This document shows positions 1 to 11,760 of a stretch of DNA of 64,000 nt, one piece after another. The stretch comes from Octopus vulgaris (Eukaryota), in assembly GCA_951406725.2 (NCBI GenBank), contig OX597833.1:41974001-42038000 (forward strand), in the 5' to 3' direction. Made by a program: the position numbers and the translations under genes. The stretch's first letter is position 1. Each line of letters starts with the position of its first letter. The notes beneath the pieces are model-generated. The model made no database searches, was not told the origin of the DNA, and worked only from the letters and a program-made list of their open reading frames with translations.

Positions 1-296
1 GTAGTGTAGTTGAGGTGTAGCAGTGTAGTGATGTGTAGTAGAGCAGTTGTGCAGTGTTGTAGTGACATTGTGGTGTAATAGTAGTGCACTATAGTGTGAA
101 GGCATGTGGCTGAGTGGTGTGATGTTGCACTCACAGTAATGAGATCATGGTTTTGATTCCCAGACCATGTAGTGTATCATATTCTTGAGTGAAAGGATTT
201 CCTCTCACATTGCTCTGCAATCACTTTGACATCTAACATGTGGCATACCATGCAGCTGTTCACATAATGTCAATTGAATGGAGGGGCATAGTGTAT

Positions 297-858
297 CATC
301 ATCATCATCATCATCGTTTAACGTCCGTTTTCCATGCTAGCATGGGTTGGACGGTTCAACTGGGGTCTGGGAAGCCAGAAGGCTGCGCCAGGCCCAGTCT
401 GATCTGGCGGTGTTTCTACGGCTGGATGCCCTTCCTAACGCCAACCACTCCGTGAGTGTAGTGGGTGCTTTTTACGTGCCACCTGCACAGGTGCCAGACG
501 AGGCTGGCAAACAGCCACGATCGGATGGTGCCTTTTATGTGCCACCGTTATGGGGGCCAGACGAGGCTGGCAACGGCCACAATTGGATGGTGCATTTTAC
601 TTGTCACTGGCACGGAGGCTAGTCAGGGTGGCGCTGGCAATGGCCACGTTCGGATGGTTCTCTTACGTGCTATCGGCACTGGTATCACAGCTACAATTTC
701 CATTGATGTTGATCGATTTCGATTTCGATTTTCATTTTCACTTGCCTCAACAGGTCTTTACAAGTAGGGTTTGTGTCACAAGAAGGAAAGGTATGCATAA
801 GTGGGCTGGCTACGTCCCAGGTAGAGGCCATAGAGTTGGCACTCTCAACGTTGGTACA
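297..858 (-). mobile_element. 5'-truncated RTE LINE 3'UTR copy with (GAT)n tail
   Basis: Reverse complement of 41890-42418. (CAT)n tail at 297-315, palindrome CCATGCTAGCATGG, flanking TAGTGTAT duplication (289-296 / 859-866). Confidence 0.85.
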
Positions 859-1114
859 CTAGTGTATGTAGTAGTAATATACAAGTGAAGTGATGCAGTG
901 ACAGTATGTTGCACAAGTGCGGAAACAAAATTTCCTAAAGGTTTGCGAGCATAGGTACAAATTTTTTACAAACAAGGTCAATTTTTTCAATCTTCATATC
1001 AAAACAAACACAGATATAATAATGATAATTATTATATTTGTACATTAATCAAATCAGATAAATCCAATAATGGAAAAGTAATGTTTTAAATCAGTCCAAA
1101 AATATTTCTTATAT

Positions 1115-1138
1115 CTTTCTGTGGCGCAATCGGTTAGT

Positions 1139-1181
<43 letters not shown>

Positions 1182-1188
1182 ATGGACG
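1115..1188 (+). tRNA. tRNA-Asn(GTT), probable pseudogene
   Basis: GTGGCGCAATCGGTTAGTGCGTTCGGCTGTTAACCGAAAGGTTGGTGGTTCAAGCCCACC closely matches metazoan tRNA-Asn. Anticodon GTT at 1149-1151; A and B boxes intact; TTTT at 1202-1205. Acceptor stem CTTTCTG/CATGGAC has C-C and C-T mismatches plus two T-G pairs. Confidence 0.85.
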
Positions 1189-1207
1189 ATGAGTGATATT
1201 ATTTTAT

Positions 1208-1587
1208 AGGCGTGGGAGTGGCTGTGTGATAAGTAGCTTGCTTACCAACCACATGGTTCCAGGTTCAGTCCCACTGCGTGGCACCTTGGGCAAGTGTCTT
1301 CTACTATAGCCTCGGGCCGACCAATGCCTTGTGAGTGGATTTGGTAGACGGAAGCTGAAAGAAGCCTGTCATATATATGTATGTGTGTGTGTCTGTGTTT
1401 GTCCCCCCAACATCACTTGACAACCGATTCTGGTGTGTTTACGTCCCTGTAACTTAGCAGTTTGGCAAAAGAGACCGATAGAATAAGTACTAGGCTTATA
1501 AAGAATAAGTCCTGGGGTCGATTTGCTTGACTAAAGGCAGTGCTCCAGCATGGCCACAGTCAAATGACTAAAACAAGTAAAAGAGTA
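1208..1587 (+). mobile_element. tRNA-headed SINE family A (CORE-like GCACCTTGGGCAAGTGTCTT domain, internal TA/TG microsatellite)
   Basis: Same ~380-420 bp element recurs at about 24215-24530(-), 24850-25155(-), 25228-25690(+), 26127-26873(+), 27090-27320(+, 3' part), 29642-30045(+), 30470-30879(-), 38692-39092(+), 39810-40221(+), 52975-53195(+, 3' part), 58800-59310(+). Pol III box-like GTGGCTGTGTGG and GGTTCAGTCCC. Confidence 0.9.
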
Positions 1588-2149
1588 ACTAACCTGAATG
1601 CTTAGCAGTGTATTATAACACTGGTACTGCATGTGGTGTCTATGTTCATATTCAAGGTACTTGACTCCCAATGGTTGAGTCTACCATCAAGTCCTGAGTT
1701 ATGTAGTACAGCAGAAGGTATATAACTTTCTGCACTAGTTAGTGGCAACACTGTAGAATTGAGGAGTGAGTGTTTTGTGGGCCACACTATCAAATTCATA
1801 TCTTCCCAAAAGAAAAGCTACCAGCAATAGATCAGAAAAACGACTGTACTCTAAAAGCCACAGACTAGGTAATTTATTAAATATTCAAAGTGACCTGCAA
1901 AGCCACCTGTCCAGTTGGAGATTTGTATTGCATCCCTTTAATGCTATAAATACTGGAAGTGAAGCTTTGGTCATATTTCTCCTTATGATTCAGAAAAATG
2001 ACAACTTACGATGTAAGCCACAGGCTGGTTAATCTATTAGATATTTGATTCATGAATGTCTAATAAGTTTATAGTTTGTGTAGTAAGCTATGAAATTCTT
2101 ACATTCCCTTGATTTCCTGTAATTCAGACTGCCTTGTGGTACTAGCAGA

Positions 2150-2385
2150 CAAATTAGAAAAGATACTGCTCAGGAGGATGGCAAGGGAAATGTACTGGAA
2201 CAGCCACTCTGACTCACAAGGCTCGCACTTGTGGATAGCCATCTCTGCCCTGATAGTGGGGAGCAGGGATATGGTCTGAGAGCCAAGAATGCCAGAGGTC
2301 TCCACTGCCACAGGCTTGATCATAAACCTGTCTGAGAGTAACTGATACTTTGACAACCTGTGCTGGATCAGTTGGGCAAAGGTAT
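2150..2385 (-). mobile_element. Degenerate C-terminus of an RLE-type (CRE-like) non-LTR retrotransposon
   Basis: KYQLLSDRFMIKPVAVETSGILG...EWLFQYISLAI resembles the KY..L....F.P.AVET.G..G...FL.QR.S.AI C-terminal motif of restriction-like-endonuclease retrotransposons. Confidence 0.6.
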
Positions 2386-2390
2386 ATCAT

Positions 2391-2704
2391 TCTTTTTCTT
2401 CTTTCACCCTTTTCAAGCCTAGCCAGGCTCATGGGCTCGGTTTCCCGGTTTCTATGGCGTATGTGTTTCCCCCAGCTGGACGGGACACCAGTCCATCACA
2501 GCGTTACTCAAGAAAAAGGAAGAAAGAGTGAGAGAAAGTTGAGGCGAAAGAGAACAACAGGGGTCGCGACCACCCCCTGCCAGAGCCTTGTGGAGCTTTA
2601 GGTGTTTTCGCTCAATAAACACACACAACGCCTGGTCTGGTAATCGAAACTGTGATCCTCCAACTGCAAGTCCGCTGCCCTAGCCACTGGGCCATTGTGC
2701 CTCC
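2391..2704 (-). mobile_element. tRNA-headed SINE family C
   Basis: Head GGAGGCACAATGGCCCAGTGG...GTTTCGATT on the minus strand; flanking AA(A/G)GGTATATCATT duplication. A related copy lies at 46417-46788(-). Confidence 0.8.
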
Positions 2705-3967
2705 AAGGGTATATCATTGTTGACCAATATTGTCATTAGTAACAAGTTTCAAAACCATGTTCCCTTGATGGTGAGAGTAACAAGGCAGTGCCTGTATTTT
2801 GAATGCTCTTAGAAGAGTTCATTTTTTTTACTAGCATTTCAGGTCAGATACCTTCTTCCTTTCATATCAGCTGTTTTGGGGGCCCTGAATAATGCCCTTT
2901 TCTTTCTGAATAAGCAATAAAAAAAAATCTGAAAATAAAGAAAAGTTAGGATGATCACAGCCTGTCTTTGATTGCAGGTCAGCTGGCTTAGGACAAACTT
3001 GGAACTAAACAACAACAACAACAACAACAACCTAATTTACTACCAGGTGAATGGAGTCAGTGAGAACAATTCCTAAATTCTCATAAATTGAGTAGAAAAA
3101 GTAAACTGTTAAAACCACATTTCATTTTGCCTGGCCTTACACATGACATTTCCAGTCACTGTTAACTTCCTGACTGTGTTCCTGTTGGCAAATTCTCAAC
3201 ATGGAATTATGTCACACAGCCTTCTCTTTTCTCATACCTCCATTACATCGACAAACTGAAGGTCAATTATGTTCTTTCCACAGACAGACATTTGCTGTAA
3301 ACTTTATCTTTCTAACGTTTTTCTAACTTTAGTTTTGATGTTTGTTGATTTTTTTTTTTCACATTTTATTTTTGTTTTCGATATTTTATTTAATTTTATT
3401 TTAAATTTCATCCTAACCTTCATTTTAATTTTATATTTTTTTTTCTTTTTCCCAGCCACCACATTTCCTTCTTTTCCATCACTATAATTATAATGTTAAA
3501 AATCATTATAACAGGTTACAAATAAGTATTTATTATTCATCACCTCCTCATGTAATAAAGATATTATTATTATCAATTGCCTTATTTTGTGAGGAGAGCT
3601 CTGTCAGCCTTGGGTACATGCAATGTTTTGTTGAAATTTTGTCACTTTTGTTGCATTGAGAATACTCTAGATAATGTAGTGCAATTTTCTGTATATTCAG
3701 CTGAGTGTTTCTAATCTTGTGGGCTTGTGGGTGTTGGTACTATGTAAAAAGCAACCATGCTGGTATCACATAAAAGCACCTGTGCCAGTGTTGCGTAAAA
3801 ACACCCAGCACACTCTCTAAAGAGGTTGGTCTTAGAAAGAGCATTCAACCACAGAAACCAGGCCAAAAGAGACATGGAGCCTTGGCAGTTCTTCAGCTGT
3901 CTAGCTCCTGTCAAACCATCCAACTCATCCCAGCATGGTAAATGGATGGTAAATGATGATGATGATG

Positions 3968-4005
3968 TGTGTGTATATATATCTATATCTATCTATCTAT
4001 CTATC

Positions 4006-4056
<51 letters not shown>

Positions 4057-4097
4057 CTATGTATGTATGTATATGTATGTATATATATATATATATG

Positions 4098-4130
<33 letters not shown>

Positions 4131-4177
4131 GTATATATGTATGTATATATGTATATATATATTATCTATATATATTT

Positions 4178-4216
<39 letters not shown>

Positions 4217-4261
4217 CTATATATATGTATATATCTGTATATCTATATCTCTCTCTATATA

Positions 4262-4310
<49 letters not shown>

Positions 4311-4405
4311 GTATATATATACATATATGTATATCTATCTATCTCTCTATATATATGTGTGTGTGCGTATGTATATATATGTATATATATATGTATATGT
4401 ATATA

Positions 4406-4468
<63 letters not shown>

Positions 4469-4482
4469 TTGTATATATATAT
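3968..4482. repeat. Compound (TA)n/(TATG)n microsatellite
   Basis: Directly visible. Similar tracts at 4700-4850, 5765-5970, 8933-8990, 20385-20555, 36927-36970, 42419-42498. Confidence 0.98.
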
Positions 4483-4594
4483 AGTTAATCCAAACAAGAA
4501 AGCACCAAAAAACACAACAACGCGAGGAACAAATATAGTATTATTGGAACAAATATAGTATTATTGGACGCTCAGGAAAGAAAGAAAGAAGGAG

Positions 4595-4629
4595 GGTTTA
4601 ACGTTTCGAGCGGAGCTCTTCGTCGGAAA
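4595..4629 (-). ncRNA. Minimal hammerhead-ribozyme-like motif (Penelope type, core variant)
   Basis: Minus strand GTTT-CCGACGA-A-GAGC tcc GCTC-GAAAC-GTT-AAAC: 4-bp helix I, helix II, loopless palindromic helix III; core U4 replaced by C. Confidence 0.5.
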
Positions 4630-5494
4630 CATAGGAGAAGGAAAGATCCAGAGAAGGGAAGACAGAGGAAAAAAAATCGCCAACGGTATACACGAAGTCA
4701 CATATATATATATATGTATATATATGTATATATATATATATTTATATGTGTATATAAATGTATATATTTATATATATATGTATATATATATATGTATATA
4801 TATGTATGTATATATATATATTGTATATATATATATGTATATATATGTATGATGTCTGCATGCATGTATGTGCAATCGGTTGGGTTCCTCTGTTTTGCAT
4901 GTGTATAGTTGCGATACTACCTCTTATATTATTTATTTATGATTTGGTTGTGTATGTGGCTATGTCTGTGTGTGTGTGTGTATACATATAACTATGTATG
5001 TATGTGTGCACGATCTGTGGATGTGCATGCGCGTGTGTATGTTTCCTGGCTAGCTAACCGTAAAATTTCCATTGTGATTCAAATTTAAAATTATAAGCCA
5101 ATCGAATCTATCTATGATAATCAATACCATGCGGGCAGAGGAATTCGACTTATTGAGTATATATGTGGATGTCTGCTTGCTTTAGATGGTACAATCATGG
5201 TTGTTATTATTATTATTATTAATATTAATTTTATTGACCTTTTGTGTGGTTACACATTTTAATAGACTGGACTGTTAAATATATATGCCTGCTTTAAATG
5301 TGAGTGTACATGTATTTCCTTGATGTTGGTTATAGAACTATGAGTTCAATATGGAACATTATTGTGTTTGATAATGTATATTGATCTATATTGTTTATAT
5401 TGTATTATTGTGTATATATATATGTGTAGAAATATGAGTGTCTATGCACACATATTTATATTTATATGTAAATTTTTTTCATACTTACATTAAA

Positions 5495-5607
5495 TTCTCT
5501 GAAGAGGCCATGAGACATTCTTGTTAATGTCTCATTTAAACCTGCTTTATATGGCTAATAGGTTAAATGGGACATACCTGTTTTCACGGCCGAAACAGCT
5601 GTCAGCT
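5495..5607 (+). ncRNA. Type I hammerhead-ribozyme motif with 86-nt branched stem II
   Basis: CTGAAGA 5499-5505; stem II base GGCCATG/CACGGCC; GAAAC-AGCT-GTC 5592-5603. Helix I only 2 bp (CT/AG). Confidence 0.7.
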
Positions 5608-5828
5608 ACAATGTAAATGTATTTTCTATTTCTATGTCTTGTTATATTTGTAATATATTATGTATAATATCATTGCTGTTGTGTAATGGTTTAATAAAGT
5701 ATTGATTGGGTATTATCTGATGGTTGATGATTGATTTAGGTATGTTTCTCCATTTTCTCATTTTGTATATATATGTATGTATATATATATGTATGTGTAT
5801 ATATATATACATATATATATATACATAT

Positions 5829-5886
<58 letters not shown>

Positions 5887-5935
5887 GTATATATATATAT
5901 GTATGTATATATATATATATGTATATATATATATG

Positions 5936-5973
<38 letters not shown>

Positions 5974-6925
5974 TATAAATACAAAATGGGACAAGAACGC
6001 AAAACATCCAGACAGTTAAGGTGATACAAAAAAGGGATAACAAAACATCCAGATAAACAATTCAAAGAAAACAAGAACCATTCATTTGGAGTTTTTTCCT
6101 CAGTCAAGTTCTAGATTATCTTTGCAATTTTGGCTGGTTACACTCGAGATTGCTCCAATTTGGCCAGACTCAAGGAAAAACTAAGCTAAGAGCATTAGAA
6201 TTGGAAGACAGCAGCGAATGTATACGAAAACAAGGAAGGAAAAAAAATGGAGAATGTTACACAAATACAAATAACAGGATATAACAACTGGTGTCTTTCG
6301 ACTAAGGATGAATTAAATTCAGCTGGTGTGTGTGGAAATAAAGCCTTATGGTAGGGATACAAGATTTCACAGGTGCAGGGAGGAATATAGATGTTGCATG
6401 GACGACGGCAGAACCAAGAAAGAAAGATCAGGCTTGGCTGAACACCAGTCACATGGGGAGAGAAGAGAGAGAGGTAGAGGCAGAAGGACAGAAGAATGAA
6501 AAAGGGGTGAGAAAAAATGACAAGGACACAGTAAAGTGAAAAGAGGAGGGAAAGTGAGCAAGAAGAGAAGGCAGGGATATGTGAGAGGGGGGAACAAAAG
6601 AACGTAGAGTGGAATGAATAATCATGAAAGGGCTGATAGAAAGAAAGAATAGAGTCGTACAAGATTTAGATAAATATATACTTACATATAAGAGACTAAA
6701 GTGTATGTACACTGCTATATATATATCTGGTGCAGCCTTCGGGCTCCCCAGACCCCAGTTGAACCGTCCAACCCATGCTAGCATGGAAAACGGACGCTAA
6801 ATGATGATGATGATGATGATGATGATGATATATAAAGGGAAAGTTTACGAAAATAAACAAAAGATGAAGGCAGGTGGAGTACAAATAAACAAATGTATTA
6901 GTATAGCGCTCAGGAATAGAAAAAG

Positions 6926-6963
6926 TCTTTTACGTTTCAAGCCTACGCTCTTCGACAGAAAGA
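6926..6963 (-). ncRNA. Minimal hammerhead-ribozyme-like motif (core variant)
   Basis: Minus strand TCTTT-CTGTCGA-A-GAGC gtag GCTT-GAAAC-GTA-AAAGA: 5-bp helix I; core A6 replaced by T. Confidence 0.5.
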
Positions 6964-7021
6964 TACACAGAAAAAATCAAGGAGAGAAAAAAATGCGTGT
7001 AGGAGCTAACGAGGAAGACAT

Positions 7022-7245
7022 CGCATTTCTCTGAGTAAAATGCCAAGGTTGGTTCCTTCAGGTGGTGTGTTTTTTTTTTGGTAAACTTCCTTTAGCTCCC
7101 ATCCAAATGTTACAGTTTATTTCTTGGCTACTTAGAGTGTAAAGCATAATATTATCAATATATATATATATATATATATATATTACCCCAAAAAAAACAC
7201 ACCATCTGAAGGAACCAACCTTGGCATTTTACTCAGAGAAATGCG
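7022..7245. repeat. ~62-bp inverted repeat around a (TA)n-containing spacer
   Basis: CGCATTTCTCTGAGTAAAATGCCAAGGTTGGTTCCTTCAG...(7022-7083) is the reverse complement of 7183-7245. Geometry resembles Penelope-like inverted ends. Confidence 0.85.
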
Positions 7246-7505
7246 GTATCTTCCTGGGTATCATATCTCTCCTTTTATTATATATATATATAAATGAGAG
7301 AATATATACAGTCAAAAGTAAGATGGAGTATGATTCAACAAATTTTTTATGACCATTACACATGTTTCGATACAATTAAGGAACTCTTCCTAAGACCAAC
7401 CACTTTACTGAGTGTGCTGGGTGCTTTTATGCAACACTGGTACAGGTGCTTTTATCTGATAGCATCGAATTCAGATATTTACTTATAGAGGCAGGGATTT
7501 TTATA

Positions 7506-7615
7506 TCTCCTGAGGAGATACAACTAGATCCTATTATACAGGTATACCTCTACTTAATTTAAATTTAAATCCTGTATATATGTGGATCTATGTAGTATCG
7601 AAACATGTGTTGTGG
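7506..7615 (+). ncRNA. Type I hammerhead-ribozyme motif with 83-nt rod-like stem II
   Basis: CTGAGGA 7510-7516; nested stems GATAC/GTATC, TAGATCC/GGATCTA, TATACAGG/CCTGTATA; GAAAC-ATGT-GTT 7600-7611. 7300-7372 is an inverted copy of the 3' part. Confidence 0.65.
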
Positions 7616-7822
7616 TCCTTAAAAAGCTGTTGAATCTTCCTCCATCTTACTTTTGACCCTATTTATTCTTTCATTTTTATTTTTCACACATAAAGAATGC
7701 CTAAACCTAGAATTGGTAGTATACCATAATACTGTTGGGTATCTGGTAATTCTAAGGGTGAACGAGTTCCATATTGTACTCTAATATGTTCTTAATGGAA
7801 TACATCTGAACTGATATATATA

Positions 7823-7854
<32 letters not shown>

Positions 7855-8184
7855 AATATTAGGGAGTAAATCCAAACTTACAGAGAAAAATTAGATTTAG
7901 GATTAAATCCAATTTTACAGTATAAATAAATTTACCTAATAGTGGTTTTATCTCTAATTTAATATATATATATATATATATATATACAAAATTAGAGAAT
8001 GGAGAAACATACTTAAATCAGTAAAACATCAACTATCAGATGATACTCAATCCATACTTTAATACACCATTACATATGAGTAAAGGCAATATATAAAATG
8101 AAATGAGATATACAGTAATAGTAAAAGTAAAAAGATAAAGAGATATAAGTAAAAAATTTCAAATATAATATGCAAATAAATCAA

Positions 8185-8298
8185 AACTGACAGCTGTTTC
8201 GGCAGTGAGGACAGTCATACCTCATTTAACCTATAAGCCATAAAGGCAGGTATAAATGAGGCATTAACAAGGATGCCCCACGGCCTCTTCAGAGAATT
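8185..8298 (-). ncRNA. Type I hammerhead-ribozyme motif, second copy of the 5495-5607 family
   Basis: Minus strand CTGAAGA-GGCCGTG...CACTGCC-GAAAC-AGCT-GTC, with an 85-nt stem II homologous to the + strand copy. Confidence 0.7.
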
Positions 8299-8643
8299 AA
8301 ATTAAATTTGTTATAATAGTGAAAAATATTATATAATCATATACATATAAATATAAAAATATAAAAATGTAAAATATAAAAACTTATACATCATAATGCT
8401 ACACTTATATAATATAATACACATTTGTACAAAAAGGAAGGTAAACAGAACAAAATAAAACAAAATATATAACAGTGTATATATTAATATTAATAAGTAC
8501 CGATATTATACATATTTGGCTAATAGTTTTTTTTAAATAAAAAAAAAAAAAAAGGGCTAACACATATGGAGATGAAAAATAATAATTAAATCCGTGGTAC
8601 AGTTCATAAAATTCTAAAGCTATAAAAGTTAATAAAAATTACT

Positions 8644-8687
<44 letters not shown>

Positions 8688-8929
8688 TAATAATAATAAA
8701 AAAATACTAAAAATAGATACAGTTAAGTTTTATATATATTTCATTTTATATATTGCTTACTGTAATGGTGTATTTTGGATTGAGTATCCAAGTTTATTTT
8801 TACGCCTTTTTTTAACTATATTAATTTTGTTGGGTACCTATCTAGATATATTGGATATATATTATCCCATGGTGGTTGAATTTAACCACTTTATTATATA
8901 TATATATATATATATATATACTACTGTAC

Positions 8930-8993
<64 letters not shown>

Positions 8994-9494
8994 GAAAAGT
9001 GGTTAAGAGTCCATACAGATCAAAAATTATAGTTAAAAAGGCAAATAAACTTGGAAAAAGCACAGGAGTATATTTCAGAGAATGCTGAATGACATATAAC
9101 CGGTTTTGATGTATCCATCTTATCAAATAATAGAAATAATTCTTTTGAGAGTCAGAAAGAAAACATTTTGGGTGGGGTTTAACAGTTTGTACTCATATTT
9201 GAGTTCTTAGTGAAATTTTGCTTTGGAGCCATTCTCTTATAAATGTTTTGTCTATGTAGGTTTGGGGTGTGGTTCAAGAGTTCAAGTTTCAGGAACTCTT
9301 TTCTTCTAATATTGTTTGTTGGTGATTCTGTAAAGTATGTTTTGTTTGAGTTCCTTTAACTAATTGGGCAGTTTGTATAGGGTAAGTTGTGGGAGTTCAG
9401 TTAATTAATTGGGCAGGCTGTATTGGGTGTCTTGTTTGAGCTTCTTCAGTTAATTGGACAGAATGTATAGGGTGTGTTGTTTGAGTTCCTTTAA

Positions 9495-9713
9495 CCCTTT
9501 AGTATTTAAACCAGCCATATCCGGCCAAAATATTTAATCTGTTTTATGTTCAAACTGACCAGATCCAGGCCCTCACACCTACCCTACAATGTTATTCTAC
9601 ATTAAGTAATTACACCATCAAGATCTTGAAGATATGAGATAATGCATGATTAATTCAAATCAATGTGAATCAATAAGCATTATGTTTGATAGAATAATCT
9701 GAACACTAAAGGG
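9495..9713 (+). mobile_element. piggyBac-type MITE (219 bp)
   Basis: TTAA on both sides (9491-9494, 9714-9717); TIR CCCTTTAGT/ACTAAAGGG. Related copies at 35161-35650 (interrupted), ~26895-27082(-), ~49320-49460(-). Confidence 0.88.
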
Positions 9714-10079
9714 TTAATTAATTGGCTAGATTGTATGGGATGTGTTGTATGGAGAGAATATACTTTTTGAGTTGAGTTGTTGAATTGAAAGTGTCTTGTG
9801 TAAGAGGTGAGCTGTACTTAACAGGATTGCTTTTGGATTATGTGCAACATTGTGACCTCTGACATATATTTTGATAGTTTTGTTTATATTATTTTATCAA
9901 AATGCTCCAGTTATTATTCGTGTTATCACTGTCATGCTCCACTTCCTGCTTATTTCAATTCAATGAAGGTCCTTGAACTTGACAGTTTTGCCGGCTTCTT
10001 CCAAGTAATGTTTTAGTCGGAAGGGATCAAAATGTCTCAGAGTATAGACATTTTTGTTCAGTCCTTTATTAATGCATCT

Positions 10080-11760
10080 ATGGATAGTTTGCCTTGATCT
10101 ACTTGTCAGTTTGGATAGACATGTTCCTAATGATAATTGTGGCCAGATCATTGTTATATATTTATACTGCTTCTTATTAGTTTCCATGGCAAATTGTTGG
10201 CATATTACCCAGTGAACACAGCTGCTCACTCAAACATGTCTGTGAATATACTTACATTTGAGATATACTAAGTAGCGGGGAAATAATGTGGTCAATTGTC
10301 TCATTACACAGGCGGCATAGCCTATATCTTATTTCATTATTTTAATTTGTAATTATTTCTGACTGTGCAACTAAAGTAAGACCTTCTGTTTCTACTTTTA
10401 GCCCAAAGCTTTTTGAGCCATTGATTAATGTTTTTTTTTTCCCGCTTTCATCTAAATATCTTTAGGAATTATTTTCTGATTTTGTTTTTTGCCTCATCTT
10501 AAACTCACCCTGTTATTTTGTTTTTATCAAAAACTTTTTCTTTCACTTGGTAAGTTTCCAGTTTGAATTTTATTCTTCCCTATTATTGAGAGAAAAGTTT
10601 AATTTTCTTCATTATTCTAATTTCTTGAAAATATGCTATTTCTTTTAACTTGCTTCTAAGTTTTTTCTTGTCCCACCAGTGGCAGCTCATAGATAAAATT
10701 CAGAAAAAGGAAACAAACATATAAAAAGACAATTTATACATAAACTTGATTGGTTCATGTTTTAGCCATTGGTGGGTAGTGTGTATAATTTGTTCACTGA
10801 ACACCACTATGAATTCCCCCTTGTTTTTCGAAAATCCCCACTAAATCACAAAATAAGGGGGCGGGGGAAATGTACCCTATTTTTCAAATCCTGGTTGCAA
10901 CACTGAAGCTGGAAGCAGGATAATAATCTAATTCTACACTTTATCACATTCAAGAATATAAACAAGCTTTTAAGCACAACACACACAGAGTCAAAAAGAA
11001 ACACTACTTTTCACCGGCACTGCGTGAATGACAGTGCTGTCTCTCCCTAGCATGAAGCTTCCTGTCTTGGATATGTGAGCATGTGCACAACAGCCAAACA
11101 TCATGTCGCTGGAACTGTGAAGCGCACAGTTCTATACAAGGATTTTTGTATTTTTGTCATAAACTAGGGGATGGCTACTGACATTAAGCTTAAGGATTAT
11201 ATAATGTACAAGTATAAAGAAAGAATTAAAGAAAAAAGGACTCATTATATTGAATGTTATCAATAATATCCAGTGGAAATAGGGGGTGCTGCAGTTCCGC
11301 AGTGCCTATACATGAGCAACCACTGAGTCCCACTGTTGTTACTTTATAATAATTTTCTATTTGTAGCAGATTCTATGCTCTCTGTGTTGTGGGTGGATGT
11401 ATTCTGTCTATATCAGCTTTGGGGTTGGTGAGTTTGGAAACTATTTGTAGTTCTTTTTTCTGTATGAACTCTTCAATTCACTTAGCTTTCAGTTTATTAT
11501 TTTATGGCTGTAGATTATAGCTTCAACATCTGGATGCCCTTCCTAATGCCAACAGCATTACAGAATGAACTAGGAGGTTTTTAATAGGTACTGGCACTTG
11601 CGAGATTAGCAAGTAACTTGCAAGACATGACAAGACCCTACGACTAAGGAATAGTATTGAGGGAGGTAGCTTTATGCCAAGTGATGAGATGTTAAAGTAT
11701 GATAGAGGGACAGGAGTATTGTCCTTTGTAAATTACTTTTGCATCATCCATATAAAGGAG
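10080..11760 (-). mobile_element. Degenerate R4/Dong-like (RLE) non-LTR retrotransposon fragment
   Basis: Motifs in the expected order on the minus strand, with stops and frameshifts: LYMDD (~11740-11756), NPKADIDRIH...QIENYYKVTTVG, GLKVETEG, CRLCNETIDHIIS (zinc knuckle), RH..VSSCVHWVICQQF, SIQTDK*IKANYP. Confidence 0.75.
10677..11325. mobile_element. hAT-like non-autonomous DNA transposon nested in the R4/Dong relic
   Basis: Termini CAGTGGCAGCTCAT / ATGAGCAACCACTG; 8-bp flanks TGTCCCAC / AGTCCCAC; the retroelement reading frame continues on both sides. Confidence 0.7.

Noticed and set aside
3826-6107. Long YI/YM/CV-rich ORFs up to 220 aa
   Set aside because: Translations of (TA)n/(TATG)n microsatellites, which lack stop codons.
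7200-7250. CTGAAGG...GAAATGCGGTA as another hammerhead
   Set aside because: Core deviates and no stem II closes directly before GAAA.
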